NCBI GenBank assembly: GCA_963707215.1
Contig: CAVPPB010000003.1
Coordinates: 32,001 to 96,000 of the forward strand
Source of the DNA: an uncultured Chloroflexia bacterium
GTDB lineage: Bacteria; Chloroflexota; Limnocylindria; Limnocylindrales; CSP1-4
Direction: 5' to 3'
Length of the DNA: 64,000 nucleotides
Both the position numbers and the translations under genes were made by a program. The notes under the pieces were generated by a model. It saw only the letters and a list, made by a program, of their open reading frames with translations, did no database searches and was not told where the DNA came from. The stretch's first letter is position 1, and the number at the start of each line of letters is the position of its first letter. Shown in pieces: positions 40,335-49,006 of this stretch.

Positions 40335-42677
40335 TCAGAGCTCGACGATCGTCGCCCCGTCGCCTCCCTCACCACGCTCGCCCGGCCGGACCGAGCGGAC
40401 CAGCGGGCTGGAAGCGGCTTCCGCCCGCACGGCGTCACGAAGCGCTCCCGTTCCAAGCCCATGGACGATGGTGACCCGGTCCAGCCCGGCCAGCGACGCG
40501 TCGTCCAGGTACCGGGCCAACGCCTCCAGGGCCTCCTCGACGCGCGCACCGCGAAGGTCGAGCGACGCGGCGATCGCCCGGGCGCGTCCCAGCTGGAGCG
40601 CGGTCGTGCTCCCGGCCGCGGCGGGCACCTCGCCAGCGGGTCTGGCGCCGGAGCTGGCTGGCTCGAGGTCATCGAGGGTCACCGAGACCCGCATCCCCGA
40701 CGCCTCGAGCGTGGCCCGACGGCCCCGCCGGTCGAGCGATGCGATCCGGCCCTCCCAGCCCCCGGACCGGCTCCGAGCATGCTCGCCCACGCGCCATGTC
40801 CGACGCACCGGAGGTGCCGGGCGCGGCGCCTCCTCGACGACGGGGAAACGAGCGAGGGCTTGCTCGGCTGCCTCGACCGCGGCGTCAAGGGCCGGGGCCG
40901 TGACGGTCTCGCGTTCGAGGATCCGCTGCGTCTGTCGTACTGCGTCGCGGACCTCGTCGAGCAGGCGCGCGGCTTCCTCCTGTGCGGCTTGGATCGCCTG
41001 GACGCGCTCCCGGCGGGCCCGCCGGCGCTCCTCCTCGGCGACACGACGCTCTTCGGTGGCGCGAGCTCGATCGGCTCGGGCTTGCTCCAGGGCCTCGGCG
41101 GTGGCGCCCTCGGCTTCGCGGATCGACGCCAGGGTCCGTTCGAATGCCTGCTGCGACTCGGTGAGCCTGGTCCGAGCGTCGCCCACGATCAGCGGATCGA
41201 GACCCAGCCGTTCGGCGATGGCGAAGGCCTGGCTCCCGCCCGGCAGGCCGATCGTCAGGTGGAAGGTGGGGCTGAGCGTCTCGAGGTCGAAGTCGACGGC
41301 CGCGTTCATCGCCCCCGGTGACGTGTGCGCGTAGGCTTTGAGCTCGGCATAGTGGGTGGTCGCCGCAACCAGGCTGCCAGACCGGATGAAGTGGTCGAGG
41401 AGCGCCTGGGCGAGGGCCGAGCCCTCGGTCGGGTCGGTCCCGGCGCCCAGCTCATCGAGGAGGACGAGAGTGTTGGGACCGGCCTCGCCCACGATGCGGA
41501 TGATCCGTCGAAGATGGCCGGAGAAGGTCGAGAGCGACTGCGCGATCGACTGCTCGTCACCGATGTCCGCGAAGACGTCCCGGAGGACGGGCAGTCGGCT
41601 CCCGGGATCCGCCGGGACGTGCAGGCCGGCCTGGTGCATGAGAGCCAGGAGGCCGATGGTCCTCAGGGTCACCGTCTTGCCACCGGTGTTCGGTCCGGTC
41701 ACCACCAGGGCGCTGAAGCCGTCACCAAGATGGACGTCGATCGGCACGACCCGCCCGACGAGCCCCGGATGCCGGGCGCCCAGCAGGATGATCTCGGTTC
41801 GCTCGGCGGTCGCGGCCCGAACCCCGTCCATCTCGGCGGAGAGCTTGGCCTTGGCAGACCAGAGATCGAAGCGCGCCAGCGTGTCGAGCGTCTCGCGGAG
41901 CAGGGTCCCGTTCGCGCCGACCAGGGCCGACAGCTCGTCCAGGATCCGCCCGACCTCCTCCTCCTCGGCGGCCGTCGCCTCGCGCCAGGCATTCCCGAGC
42001 TCGACGATGACGAGCGGCTCGATGAAGAGCGTCTGGCCACTGCCGGAAGCGTCATGGACGATGCCCTTCACCCGACTTCGAGCGTCCGAGCGGACCGGGA
42101 CGACATAGCGACCGTTCCTCATCGTGATGATCGGCTCCTGGAGCGAGCCGGCGATCTCGGAGTGCACGAGGGTGTCCAGGCGACGGCGGAGGCGGTCGTA
42201 GGCGACCCGGACCGCGCCGCGGAGAGCCCCCAGCCTGGGCGAGGCCGTGTCGAGCATGGCGCCGGCCGGATCGAAGCTCCGCGCGAGCGAGGCCCGGAGC
42301 GCCGGCAGGCCGTGCAGGTCGCGGGCGAGGTCACGCAGGAGGGGTCGCCGGTCGTCCGCCAGGGCCGTCTGCAGCTTGGCAGCAGCGTCGAGCGTCTCGA
42401 GGACCTCGACGAGGGCAGGGGGATCGAGACGCCCACCCCGGACGGCTCGGGCGACCCACGGCCCGATGTCATGGGCCGAGCCGATGCCGACCGTCGACCG
42501 TTCCTCGAGGAGCTGCCGGGCCTGGTCGGTCTCGTCGAGGCCACGGGTCACGATGACCGGATCGTCGCTGGGGAGCAGGGCCTCGGCCAGGCGACGACCC
42601 GGCTCGAACGACGTGGCCGCGGCAAGCCGTTCGCGGACCTGGGGGTACTCGAGGACCAGGAGGCTCCGATCGTCCAT
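40335..42677 (-). CDS. mutS2: Endonuclease MutS2
   Basis: SGQTLFIEP, TGPNTGGKT, QSLSTFS, DELGAGTDP, TTHY; Smr domain LDLRG...HGLGTG. Confidence 0.97.
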   Translation of the reverse strand: MDDRSLLVLEYPQVRERLAAATSFEPGRRLAEALLPSDDPVIVTRGLDETDQARQLLEERSTVGIGSAHDIGPWVARAVRGGRLDPPALVEVLETLDAAAKLQTALADDRRPLLRDLARDLHGLPALRASLARSFDPAGAMLDTASPRLGALRGAVRVAYDRLRRRLDTLVHSEIAGSLQEPIITMRNGRYVVPVRSDARSRVKGIVHDASGSGQTLFIEPLVIVELGNAWREATAAEEEEVGRILDELSALVGANGTLLRETLDTLARFDLWSAKAKLSAEMDGVRAATAERTEIILLGARHPGLVGRVVPIDVHLGDGFSALVVTGPNTGGKTVTLRTIGLLALMHQAGLHVPADPGSRLPVLRDVFADIGDEQSIAQSLSTFSGHLRRIIRIVGEAGPNTLVLLDELGAGTDPTEGSALAQALLDHFIRSGSLVAATTHYAELKAYAHTSPGAMNAAVDFDLETLSPTFHLTIGLPGGSQAFAIAERLGLDPLIVGDARTRLTESQQAFERTLASIREAEGATAEALEQARADRARATEERRVAEEERRRARRERVQAIQAAQEEAARLLDEVRDAVRQTQRILERETVTAPALDAAVEAAEQALARFPVVEEAPRPAPPVRRTWRVGEHARSRSGGWEGRIASLDRRGRRATLEASGMRVSVTLDDLEPASSGARPAGEVPAAAGSTTALQLGRARAIAASLDLRGARVEEALEALARYLDDASLAGLDRVTIVHGLGTGALRDAVRAEAASSPLVRSVRPGERGEGGDGATIVEL

Positions 42678-43366
42678 CAGCTCGGACCGGCCGGCCGCGG
42701 GATCGACGACACCGACGGGTGGCCCTCGACGTACAGCCGCCATGGGACCTCGGTCCAGGGCGGTCCCGCATAGCCGATCCCGACCCGCGGCGCGGTCGCC
42801 ATCCGCCAGGAACCCGTGCTGCCCGCCTCCAGCCGTAGCGCCGAGGCCGGGTCGCAGAGATCCCGGCCACTGTCGGACCGGTCGATCGAGAAGGCCGCCG
42901 CCACGAGGCCCGGTCCGCTGGCCAGACGGTCGTCCGGCGTCCGGGCGAGACGCTCGGCCTCGCGTCGCGGAGCGACCCGCACCGACCGGCGTCGCTCAGC
43001 CGCCTCGAGTCGAGCCCGCCGCATCGCCTCGATGCCCTCGACCGGCGCGACGGCACGGACCAGGAGGGCCGCGGGGCGCCCCTCCGGCTCGGTCACGACG
43101 TTGAGACAGTCATGCATCCCGTAGACAAGATAGACGTAGGCGAGGCCCGGTGGACCGAACATGACGGCGTTGCGGGCCGTCCGACCGAACCGTGCGTGGG
43201 AGGCGCGATCGTCCTGACCGATGTAGGCCTCGACCTCCACGATCCGCCCGACCCTGCGTTGCCCTGTGCCGAGCGGATCGGCCTCGCGAACGAGGAGCGC
43301 CCCCAGGAGCGCTCTCGCCGCCGACAGGGTCGGGTCGGCGAGGAGCCGGCGCTCCAGCGTCGTCAG
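42677..43366 (-). CDS. mpg: DNA-3-methyladenine glycosylase (MPG family); probable CTG start
   Basis: GRIVEVEAY, ASHA, YVYLVYGMH, GPG, PRVGI, WRLY; CTG at 43366 overlaps the cvpA stop. Confidence 0.92.
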   Translation of the reverse strand: MTTLERRLLADPTLSAARALLGALLVREADPLGTGQRRVGRIVEVEAYIGQDDRASHARFGRTARNAVMFGPPGLAYVYLVYGMHDCLNVVTEPEGRPAALLVRAVAPVEGIEAMRRARLEAAERRRSVRVAPRREAERLARTPDDRLASGPGLVAAAFSIDRSDSGRDLCDPASALRLEAGSTGSWRMATAPRVGIGYAGPPWTEVPWRLYVEGHPSVSSIPRPAGPS

Positions 43367-43965
43367 GTGGACGGGGCGCTGGTCTCGTACAGGGCCCGGA
43401 CGTCCTCGGGGACGAGGGCTCCGACGAGGGCGAAGAAGACGGGCAGGAGCGTGTCTCGGAAGACGCTGGCGGTCCACGAGGGGTCGTATAGATCGAAGAT
43501 GTCCCGCAGGAAGGGCAGCTCGTTCGGTCCCTCGACGGCCCCGACCGGGAGGAGGAAGAACGAGTCAAGGATGACGATCATCGAGCCGACGAGGACGAGA
43601 CCCTGGAAGACCCCGATGAGACCCCCGATGATCTCGTCCACGGCGGTGGCCTTCTCGAACAGCGGCTGATGCTTGTAGAAGCTCTGGATGATGATCGAGA
43701 ACAGGATGGCGCTGAAGGCGAAGACGAACAGGTAGGCCAGCATCAGGCTGTACTGCTTGGGGAACTGGGTCCAACCCTGGGCAAGGAAGTTGCCCAGGGG
43801 GTCTCGCAGCTGGCCGGCGAGGAAGAACGAGAAGAGGATCGCGGCGAGGCCCAGGACTCGGCGGATCGAGCCCTGGGCGAAGCCCAGGACGAACATGCCG
43901 AAGAGGAACAGGAAGGCCGCGATGTCGAAGAGGTTCAGCGAGCTGAGGAAGCCCTCGATGTCCAC
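43363..43965 (-). CDS. CvpA family (colicin V production) membrane protein
   Basis: FDIAAF...GFAQGSIRR, DEIIGGLIG; 4 TM segments; upstream of mutS2. Confidence 0.85.
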   Translation of the reverse strand: MDIEGFLSSLNLFDIAAFLFLFGMFVLGFAQGSIRRVLGLAAILFSFFLAGQLRDPLGNFLAQGWTQFPKQYSLMLAYLFVFAFSAILFSIIIQSFYKHQPLFEKATAVDEIIGGLIGVFQGLVLVGSMIVILDSFFLLPVGAVEGPNELPFLRDIFDLYDPSWTASVFRDTLLPVFFALVGALVPEDVRALYETSAPST

Positions 43966-44028
43966 CGCGTCCTCTCTCCCTGGCACACGCTAGCGGCCCC
44001 CGGCGCCACGTCGATCGGGCCTCCGCAC

Positions 44029-44058
44029 AGCGTAGCAGTGCGCTTCCGGGCGTAGCAA
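44029..44058 (-). promoter_or_regulatory. sigma70-type promoter for cvpA-mpg-mutS2
   Basis: TTGCTA -35, 18-nt spacer, extended -10 TGcTACGCT. Confidence 0.5.
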
Positions 44059-44101
44059 CCGGTCCGGACGTCCCCGGAGCGGCGCCGACCGCCGACCTGG
44101 G

Positions 44102-46591
44102 TCAGGCCCGGACCGACCAGCCTCGGTCGTCGATGGCTCGCAGGATGGCGGCCATGCCCATCTCCACGTCATCCTCCGTCAGCGTCCGGTCCGCGGCACG
44201 GAACTCGAGGTGGATCGCGAGGCTCTTGTCGTCGTCCGGGAGCGGAGCCCCGCGATAGACATCGAAGAGGCGGTGGCCGACGAGCAGCTGGCCGGCCGCG
44301 TCCCGGACGAGTCCCATCGCCTCGGCAGCGGGCACGGCCTCGGGCACGACGATGGCGAGGTCTCGCTCGACCGCCGGATATCGCGGCGGGGCTGCAGCGA
44401 CGACAGGTCGCGGCTCGCCCTCGGTGAGTCCGCGAACGGCCAGTTCCGCGACGATGACCCGGTCGGTCCGCAGCCCCAGGCTGTCGATGGCTCCGGGGTG
44501 CAGCTCCCCCACCCGTCCGACCAGGTCGGCCGATCCGCCACCGCCGGACCACACACGAGCGGTCCGGCCCGGATGAAGGTCCGGGGCGTCCCCGATCGGG
44601 GCATAGACGACCGGGCCGAAGCCGAGCGCCCGGCCAAGCAGCTCCAGGAGACCCTTGGCATCGTCCAGGTCGACCTGCCGGGACTGGTCGGCCCAGAAGG
44701 CCGGCCGGGCCGCGCCGACGAGGGCCACTCCCAGGCGCCACCACTCCCGGATACCTGTCTCGTCCCTGCCGTAGCCCTTGCCGATCTCGAAGATCGCCAC
44801 GTCAGACCGTCCGTGCCGTAGGTTGGCGCCCACCGCCTCAAGGAGGCTGCCCATGAGCGAACGGCGCAGCACCGAGTGCTCGCGAGAGAGCGGGTTCGTC
44901 ACGACGATCCGCTCACCTCGGGCGACGATCTCGCCCTCCGGGGCAGCACCATCGTCGAGAGGCCCGAACCGCGCGTCCAGCCCCGGAGACACCAGGGCGT
45001 GGGTGACGACCTCCGTCAGACCCGCCCCGGCGAGCACCTCCCGCACGCGGTGTCGGACCGCCAGCGGGTCGGGCAGGTAGGACGGCATCGCCGTGTCCGG
45101 CGTCAGCGACGGAACGAGCTCGTAGCCGCGCACGCGGGCGACCTCCTCGGCGATGTCCGCCTCGATGACGATGTCGCGCCGCCACGTCGGGACGATGGCG
45201 ATCAGTGCCTCGCCGTCGGCGGCGGCCACGGAGAGCGGCTCCGGGACGGCGGCGACGGGGATGACGACGGTACCGGGGGCGGCCTCCGTCTCGATCCCGA
45301 CCCGGGCAAGGAGGGCCCGCTGCTCGTCCGCCGTCATCGAGGCGCCCAGGAGACGGTCCACGCGAGCGGGGCGGAAGGCGACGCGCGCCTCCGTCGGCTC
45401 ACCGGGCGAAGAATCCAGCCGGCCGGCGGCCACGGTCCCACCGGCCCACTCCCGGACCAGGCGAGCCGTCCGGTCGGCGCCGAGCCGGGCAAGTCGCGTC
45501 TCCTGGCCCTTCTCGAAACGAAGGCTGGCCTCGGAGCGTAGGGCGTAGCGGAAGGCCGTCCGGCGGATCGACACAGGATCGAAGATGGCCGACTCGACGA
45601 TGACGTCCCGGGTCTCCGGACCGACCTCCGAGGCGGCCCCGCCCATGACCCCGGCGATCGCCAGCGGCCCGGCTGGATCGGCGATGAGCAGCGTGTCAGG
45701 GGTCAGCTCGCGCTCGACGTGGTCGAGGGTCTCGAGACGCTCGCCGGGCCGGGCCAGCCGGACGAGGATGCGACCGTCGGCGACGGCCGCCGCATCGAAG
45801 GTGTGGATCGGCTTGCCCAGCTCGAGCATGACGTAGTTGGAGGCGTCGACGACGTTGCTGATCGGGCGCATCCCTGCGGCCATCAGGCGCATCTGGACCA
45901 GGTCGGGTGAGGGTCCGACCGACACCCCGAAGATCCGCCGCCCGACGAAGCGCGGGCACAATCCCGCGTCCACGACCTCGACAGCCAGACCGCGCTCGAC
46001 GGGCCCATCTCCCTCCTCGACCGTCGTGTCAGGCCACCGGAGCGGTGCCCCGGTGACGGCGCCGACCTCGCGGGCCAGGCCCACCAGGCAGAGGGCATCA
46101 CCGCGGTTCGGCTTCACGTCGATGTCGAGGACGATGTCGCCGTACAGGTCGACCAGCCGGGCACCGACCGGGGTCCCTGACGGCAGGACCAGGATCCCCT
46201 CCGCGTCGGAAGTGAGGCCGAGCTCGTCGCCCGAACAGAGCATGCCGTTGCTCACGACGCCCATCTTCTCGGTCCGCTCGATGGCCCGGTCACCGGGCAG
46301 GATGGCTCCCGGCAGGGCGACCGGCACCCGCTGGCCGGCCGCGATGTTGGTCGCCCCGCAGACGATGTCCAGCGCCTCTGCACCCACGGTCACCCGGGCC
46401 AGGGAGAGGCGGTCGGCGTTGGGGTGCGGACGGACCTCGAGCAGCTCGCCCACGACCACGGATCGCCAGTCGGCACCCCAGCGTTCGACGGACTGGACCT
46501 CCATCCCCAGCAGCGTGAGCCGCTCGGCGAGTCGCTCCGGTTCGAGCTCGACCTCGACGTACTCACGGAGCCAGGAGAGCGGAACCCTCAT
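44102..46591 (-). CDS. pheT: Phenylalanine--tRNA ligase beta subunit
   Basis: MRVPLSWLREY, HPNADRL, IVCGA, PNRGD, RFEKG, EEVARVRGY, FDVYRG. Confidence 0.97.
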   Translation of the reverse strand: MRVPLSWLREYVEVELEPERLAERLTLLGMEVQSVERWGADWRSVVVGELLEVRPHPNADRLSLARVTVGAEALDIVCGATNIAAGQRVPVALPGAILPGDRAIERTEKMGVVSNGMLCSGDELGLTSDAEGILVLPSGTPVGARLVDLYGDIVLDIDVKPNRGDALCLVGLAREVGAVTGAPLRWPDTTVEEGDGPVERGLAVEVVDAGLCPRFVGRRIFGVSVGPSPDLVQMRLMAAGMRPISNVVDASNYVMLELGKPIHTFDAAAVADGRILVRLARPGERLETLDHVERELTPDTLLIADPAGPLAIAGVMGGAASEVGPETRDVIVESAIFDPVSIRRTAFRYALRSEASLRFEKGQETRLARLGADRTARLVREWAGGTVAAGRLDSSPGEPTEARVAFRPARVDRLLGASMTADEQRALLARVGIETEAAPGTVVIPVAAVPEPLSVAAADGEALIAIVPTWRRDIVIEADIAEEVARVRGYELVPSLTPDTAMPSYLPDPLAVRHRVREVLAGAGLTEVVTHALVSPGLDARFGPLDDGAAPEGEIVARGERIVVTNPLSREHSVLRRSLMGSLLEAVGANLRHGRSDVAIFEIGKGYGRDETGIREWWRLGVALVGAARPAFWADQSRQVDLDDAKGLLELLGRALGFGPVVYAPIGDAPDLHPGRTARVWSGGGGSADLVGRVGELHPGAIDSLGLRTDRVIVAELAVRGLTEGEPRPVVAAAPPRYPAVERDLAIVVPEAVPAAEAMGLVRDAAGQLLVGHRLFDVYRGAPLPDDDKSLAIHLEFRAADRTLTEDDVEMGMAAILRAIDDRGWSVRA

Positions 46592-47628
46592 CGGAACTGC
46601 TCCAGGAAGCGGAGGTCGTTCTCCAAGTAGAGCCGCAGGTCGCCGACGGCGTGGCGGAGGTTGGCGATCCGCTCGACGCCCATCCCGAAGGCAAAGCCCT
46701 GGTAGCGCTCCGGGTCGAGATCACCGTACCGGAGCACGACCGGATGGACCATCCCGGCCCCCAGGATCGTCATCCAGCCGGTGCGGCTGCAGGCAGGGCA
46801 GCCGACGCCGTCGCAGACGACGCACTCGACGTCGAAGGCGACCGACGGCTCGGTGAAGGGGTAGTAGCCAGGGCGGAACCGCGTCCGGCGCCCGGCGCCG
46901 AACATCGCGTGCGCGAATTCGTCGAGCAGGCCCTTGAGGTCTGCCAGGGTCGTCCCCTCGTCGATCATCAGGCCCTCGACCTGGAAGAACTCGAAGCCGT
47001 GGGATGCGTCGACCGCCTCGTACCGGAAGCAGCGGCCGGGCAGGAGCGCCCTGATGGGCGGTCGCTCCCGGTGCATGACCTCGATCTGGCCGGGCGAGGT
47101 GTGGGTGCGCAGCAGATGGCCGGGCACGTCGACGTAGAGAGTGTCCCAGAGGTCTCGGGCCGGATGGTCCGGCGGGATGTTGAGCATCTGGAAGTTGCGC
47201 AGGTCGTCCTCGACCTCGGGGCTTTCGAAGACCGTGAACCCGAACCGGCCGAAGACCTCGGCTATCGCCCGCATCGTCTCCATGACAGGATGGAGGGTCC
47301 CGCGGGCGACCGGGCGACCGGGGGTCGTGACATCGATCGCCTCCGTCGACAGCCGGGCCTCCAGCTCCCGAGCTCGCAGCGCGGAGCGCCGCTCCTCGAA
47401 GGCTGCCTCGATCGCCTCACGGATCTCGTTGGCAGCGGCCCCGACCACGGGCCGATCGTCCGGAGGCAGCGAACCGATCCCTCGGAGGATCTCGGTCAGG
47501 CGACCCTTCTTGCCGAGGTACTCGACGCCGGTCGCTTCGATCGTCGCGAGGTCGGTCGCCGCGTCGGCAGCGGCGGCGCCGTCGACGCGAAGTGCCTCGA
47601 GACGGGCGATCAGCTCCGAGCGGTCCAC
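46588..47628 (-). CDS. pheS: Phenylalanine--tRNA ligase alpha subunit
   Basis: HPARD, LRTHTSPGQ, YYPFTEPS, GAGMVHP, GFAFGMGVER. Confidence 0.98.
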   Translation of the reverse strand: MDRSELIARLEALRVDGAAAADAATDLATIEATGVEYLGKKGRLTEILRGIGSLPPDDRPVVGAAANEIREAIEAAFEERRSALRARELEARLSTEAIDVTTPGRPVARGTLHPVMETMRAIAEVFGRFGFTVFESPEVEDDLRNFQMLNIPPDHPARDLWDTLYVDVPGHLLRTHTSPGQIEVMHRERPPIRALLPGRCFRYEAVDASHGFEFFQVEGLMIDEGTTLADLKGLLDEFAHAMFGAGRRTRFRPGYYPFTEPSVAFDVECVVCDGVGCPACSRTGWMTILGAGMVHPVVLRYGDLDPERYQGFAFGMGVERIANLRHAVGDLRLYLENDLRFLEQFR

Positions 47629-47659
47629 GTGTCTCCTTCACGGGTCCTCGGGCAGTCAG

Positions 47660-47684
47660 GAGCCCTCGACGGTGTCGAGGGCTC
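47660..47684. terminator. Perfect 11-bp hairpin between rplT and pheS
   Basis: GAGCCCTCGAC-ggt-GTCGAGGGCTC; no U-tract. Confidence 0.5.
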
Positions 47685-47717
47685 GTCGTGCCGCGGGCCC
47701 GGGTCGTCCCCGGCTCG

Positions 47718-48068
47718 TCAGGCGGAGCGAGCCACCTCCACGATCCGCCCGAACGTCGCCCCATCGCGAACGGCGAGATCGGCGAGGATCTTCCGATCGA
47801 TGGCCACGTCGGCACGGCGCAGGCCCGCAACCAGCTGGCCGTAGGTCATCCCGTGCTGCCTTGCGGCGGCATTGACCCGGATGATCCACAGCGAGCGCAT
47901 CTGCCGCTTGCGCTGCTTCCGATCGCGCGTGGCGTAGGCCATTGCGTGGAGTTGCGCCTCGCGAGCCGGCTTGACCAGCTTCGACCGCGTGCCACGTTTG
48001 CCCTCAGCCGCCTCGAGGAGCCGCTTGTGCCGCTTGTGCGCGGTGACGCCGCGCTTGACTCGGGTCAT
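47718..48068 (-). CDS. rplT: 50S ribosomal protein L20
   Basis: MTRVKRG, RDRKQRKR, LWIIRVNAAAR, DRKILADLA. Confidence 0.98.
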   Translation of the reverse strand: MTRVKRGVTAHKRHKRLLEAAEGKRGTRSKLVKPAREAQLHAMAYATRDRKQRKRQMRSLWIIRVNAAARQHGMTYGQLVAGLRRADVAIDRKILADLAVRDGATFGRIVEVARSA

Positions 48069-48080
48069 GGGCTGGGGCTC

Positions 48081-48278
48081 CTACAGGTACGGCAGCATCT
48101 TGCGGACCCGGCGGGCATCGGACGGATCCAGGATCGCCTTGCCCGCGTAGCGCCGGGTCCGGCGCGACGACTTGATCTCGAGATGGTGGCCACGCCAGGA
48201 CTTCACCCGGATGACCTTGCCGCTCCCGGTGACGCCGAGGCGCTTGGCGGCGGCCTTGTGGGTCTTCATCTTCGGCAC
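48081..48278 (-). CDS. rpmI: 50S ribosomal protein L35
   Basis: GTG start, PKMKTHKAAAKR...TGSGK...MLPY. Confidence 0.97.
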   Translation of the reverse strand: MPKMKTHKAAAKRLGVTGSGKVIRVKSWRGHHLEIKSSRRTRRYAGKAILDPSDARRVRKMLPYL

Positions 48279-48285
48279 GGTGTTG

Positions 48286-48909
48286 TCAGTCTCCCGCCGG
48301 AGGCGCCGCTGGGGCCTCGGGCTCGCTGGGTGGCGGGGCGGCCTCGGCGGCGCCTTCCTCGCGCCCCTTGGTGGCCCCGCCGGCCTCGTGTGTCTTCGGT
48401 TTGTGCGTCGAGGCGACGATGATGTGCATCGTCCGCCCCTCGAAGGTCGCGCCCCGCTCGACAGCCCCGTGCTCCTGGATCCGCTCGACGAAGCGATCGA
48501 GGAGCCGACGACCGATCTCCGGGTGGGTGAGCTCCCTGCCCCGGAACTGGACCGTGACCTTGATCCGGTCACCCTCTTCGAGGAACTCCGTCGCTCGATG
48601 GACCTTCGTCTCGAAGTCGCCGCTGCCGATCTTCGGCCGCAGGCGGACCTCCTTGAACTCGGCCGCCCGCGACCGGCGCTTCGCTTCCTTCTCCCGCTTG
48701 GCCAACTCGTACTTGTACTGGCCGTAGTCGAGGAAGCGGACGACCGGCGGCGACGACATCGGAGCGACCTCGACGAGGTCGTAGCCTCGCTCCTGCGCCA
48801 TCTCCATGGCCCGGGCCGTGGGCATGACACCCAACTGGCTCCCGTTCTCATCGACGACCCGCACCGTCGGGATACGGATCATCTGGTTGACGCGCAGGTC
48901 TCGACTGAT
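48286..48909 (-). CDS. infC: Translation initiation factor IF-3 (probable ATC start)
   Basis: LRVNQMI, DLVEVAP, DYGQYKYE, FRGRE; ATC preceded by AAGGGGT SD, consistent with known infC non-canonical starts. Confidence 0.96.
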   Translation of the reverse strand: MSRDLRVNQMIRIPTVRVVDENGSQLGVMPTARAMEMAQERGYDLVEVAPMSSPPVVRFLDYGQYKYELAKREKEAKRRSRAAEFKEVRLRPKIGSGDFETKVHRATEFLEEGDRIKVTVQFRGRELTHPEIGRRLLDRFVERIQEHGAVERGATFEGRTMHIIVASTHKPKTHEAGGATKGREEGAAEAAPPPSEPEAPAAPPAGD

Positions 48910-49006
48910 GGTTTGACCCCTTCGAGCGTGTTCCAGACTCACGGACGACCTCGGGCCTGCGGGCCCGTGACCGCCGCGGGACTATAGCATGGCAGTGCCG
49001 GTCTCG

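Noticed and set aside
47690-47716. ACGA-loop hairpin suggesting a guanidine-II riboswitch before pheS
   Set aside because: No convincing second ACGR hairpin, and the gene context does not fit
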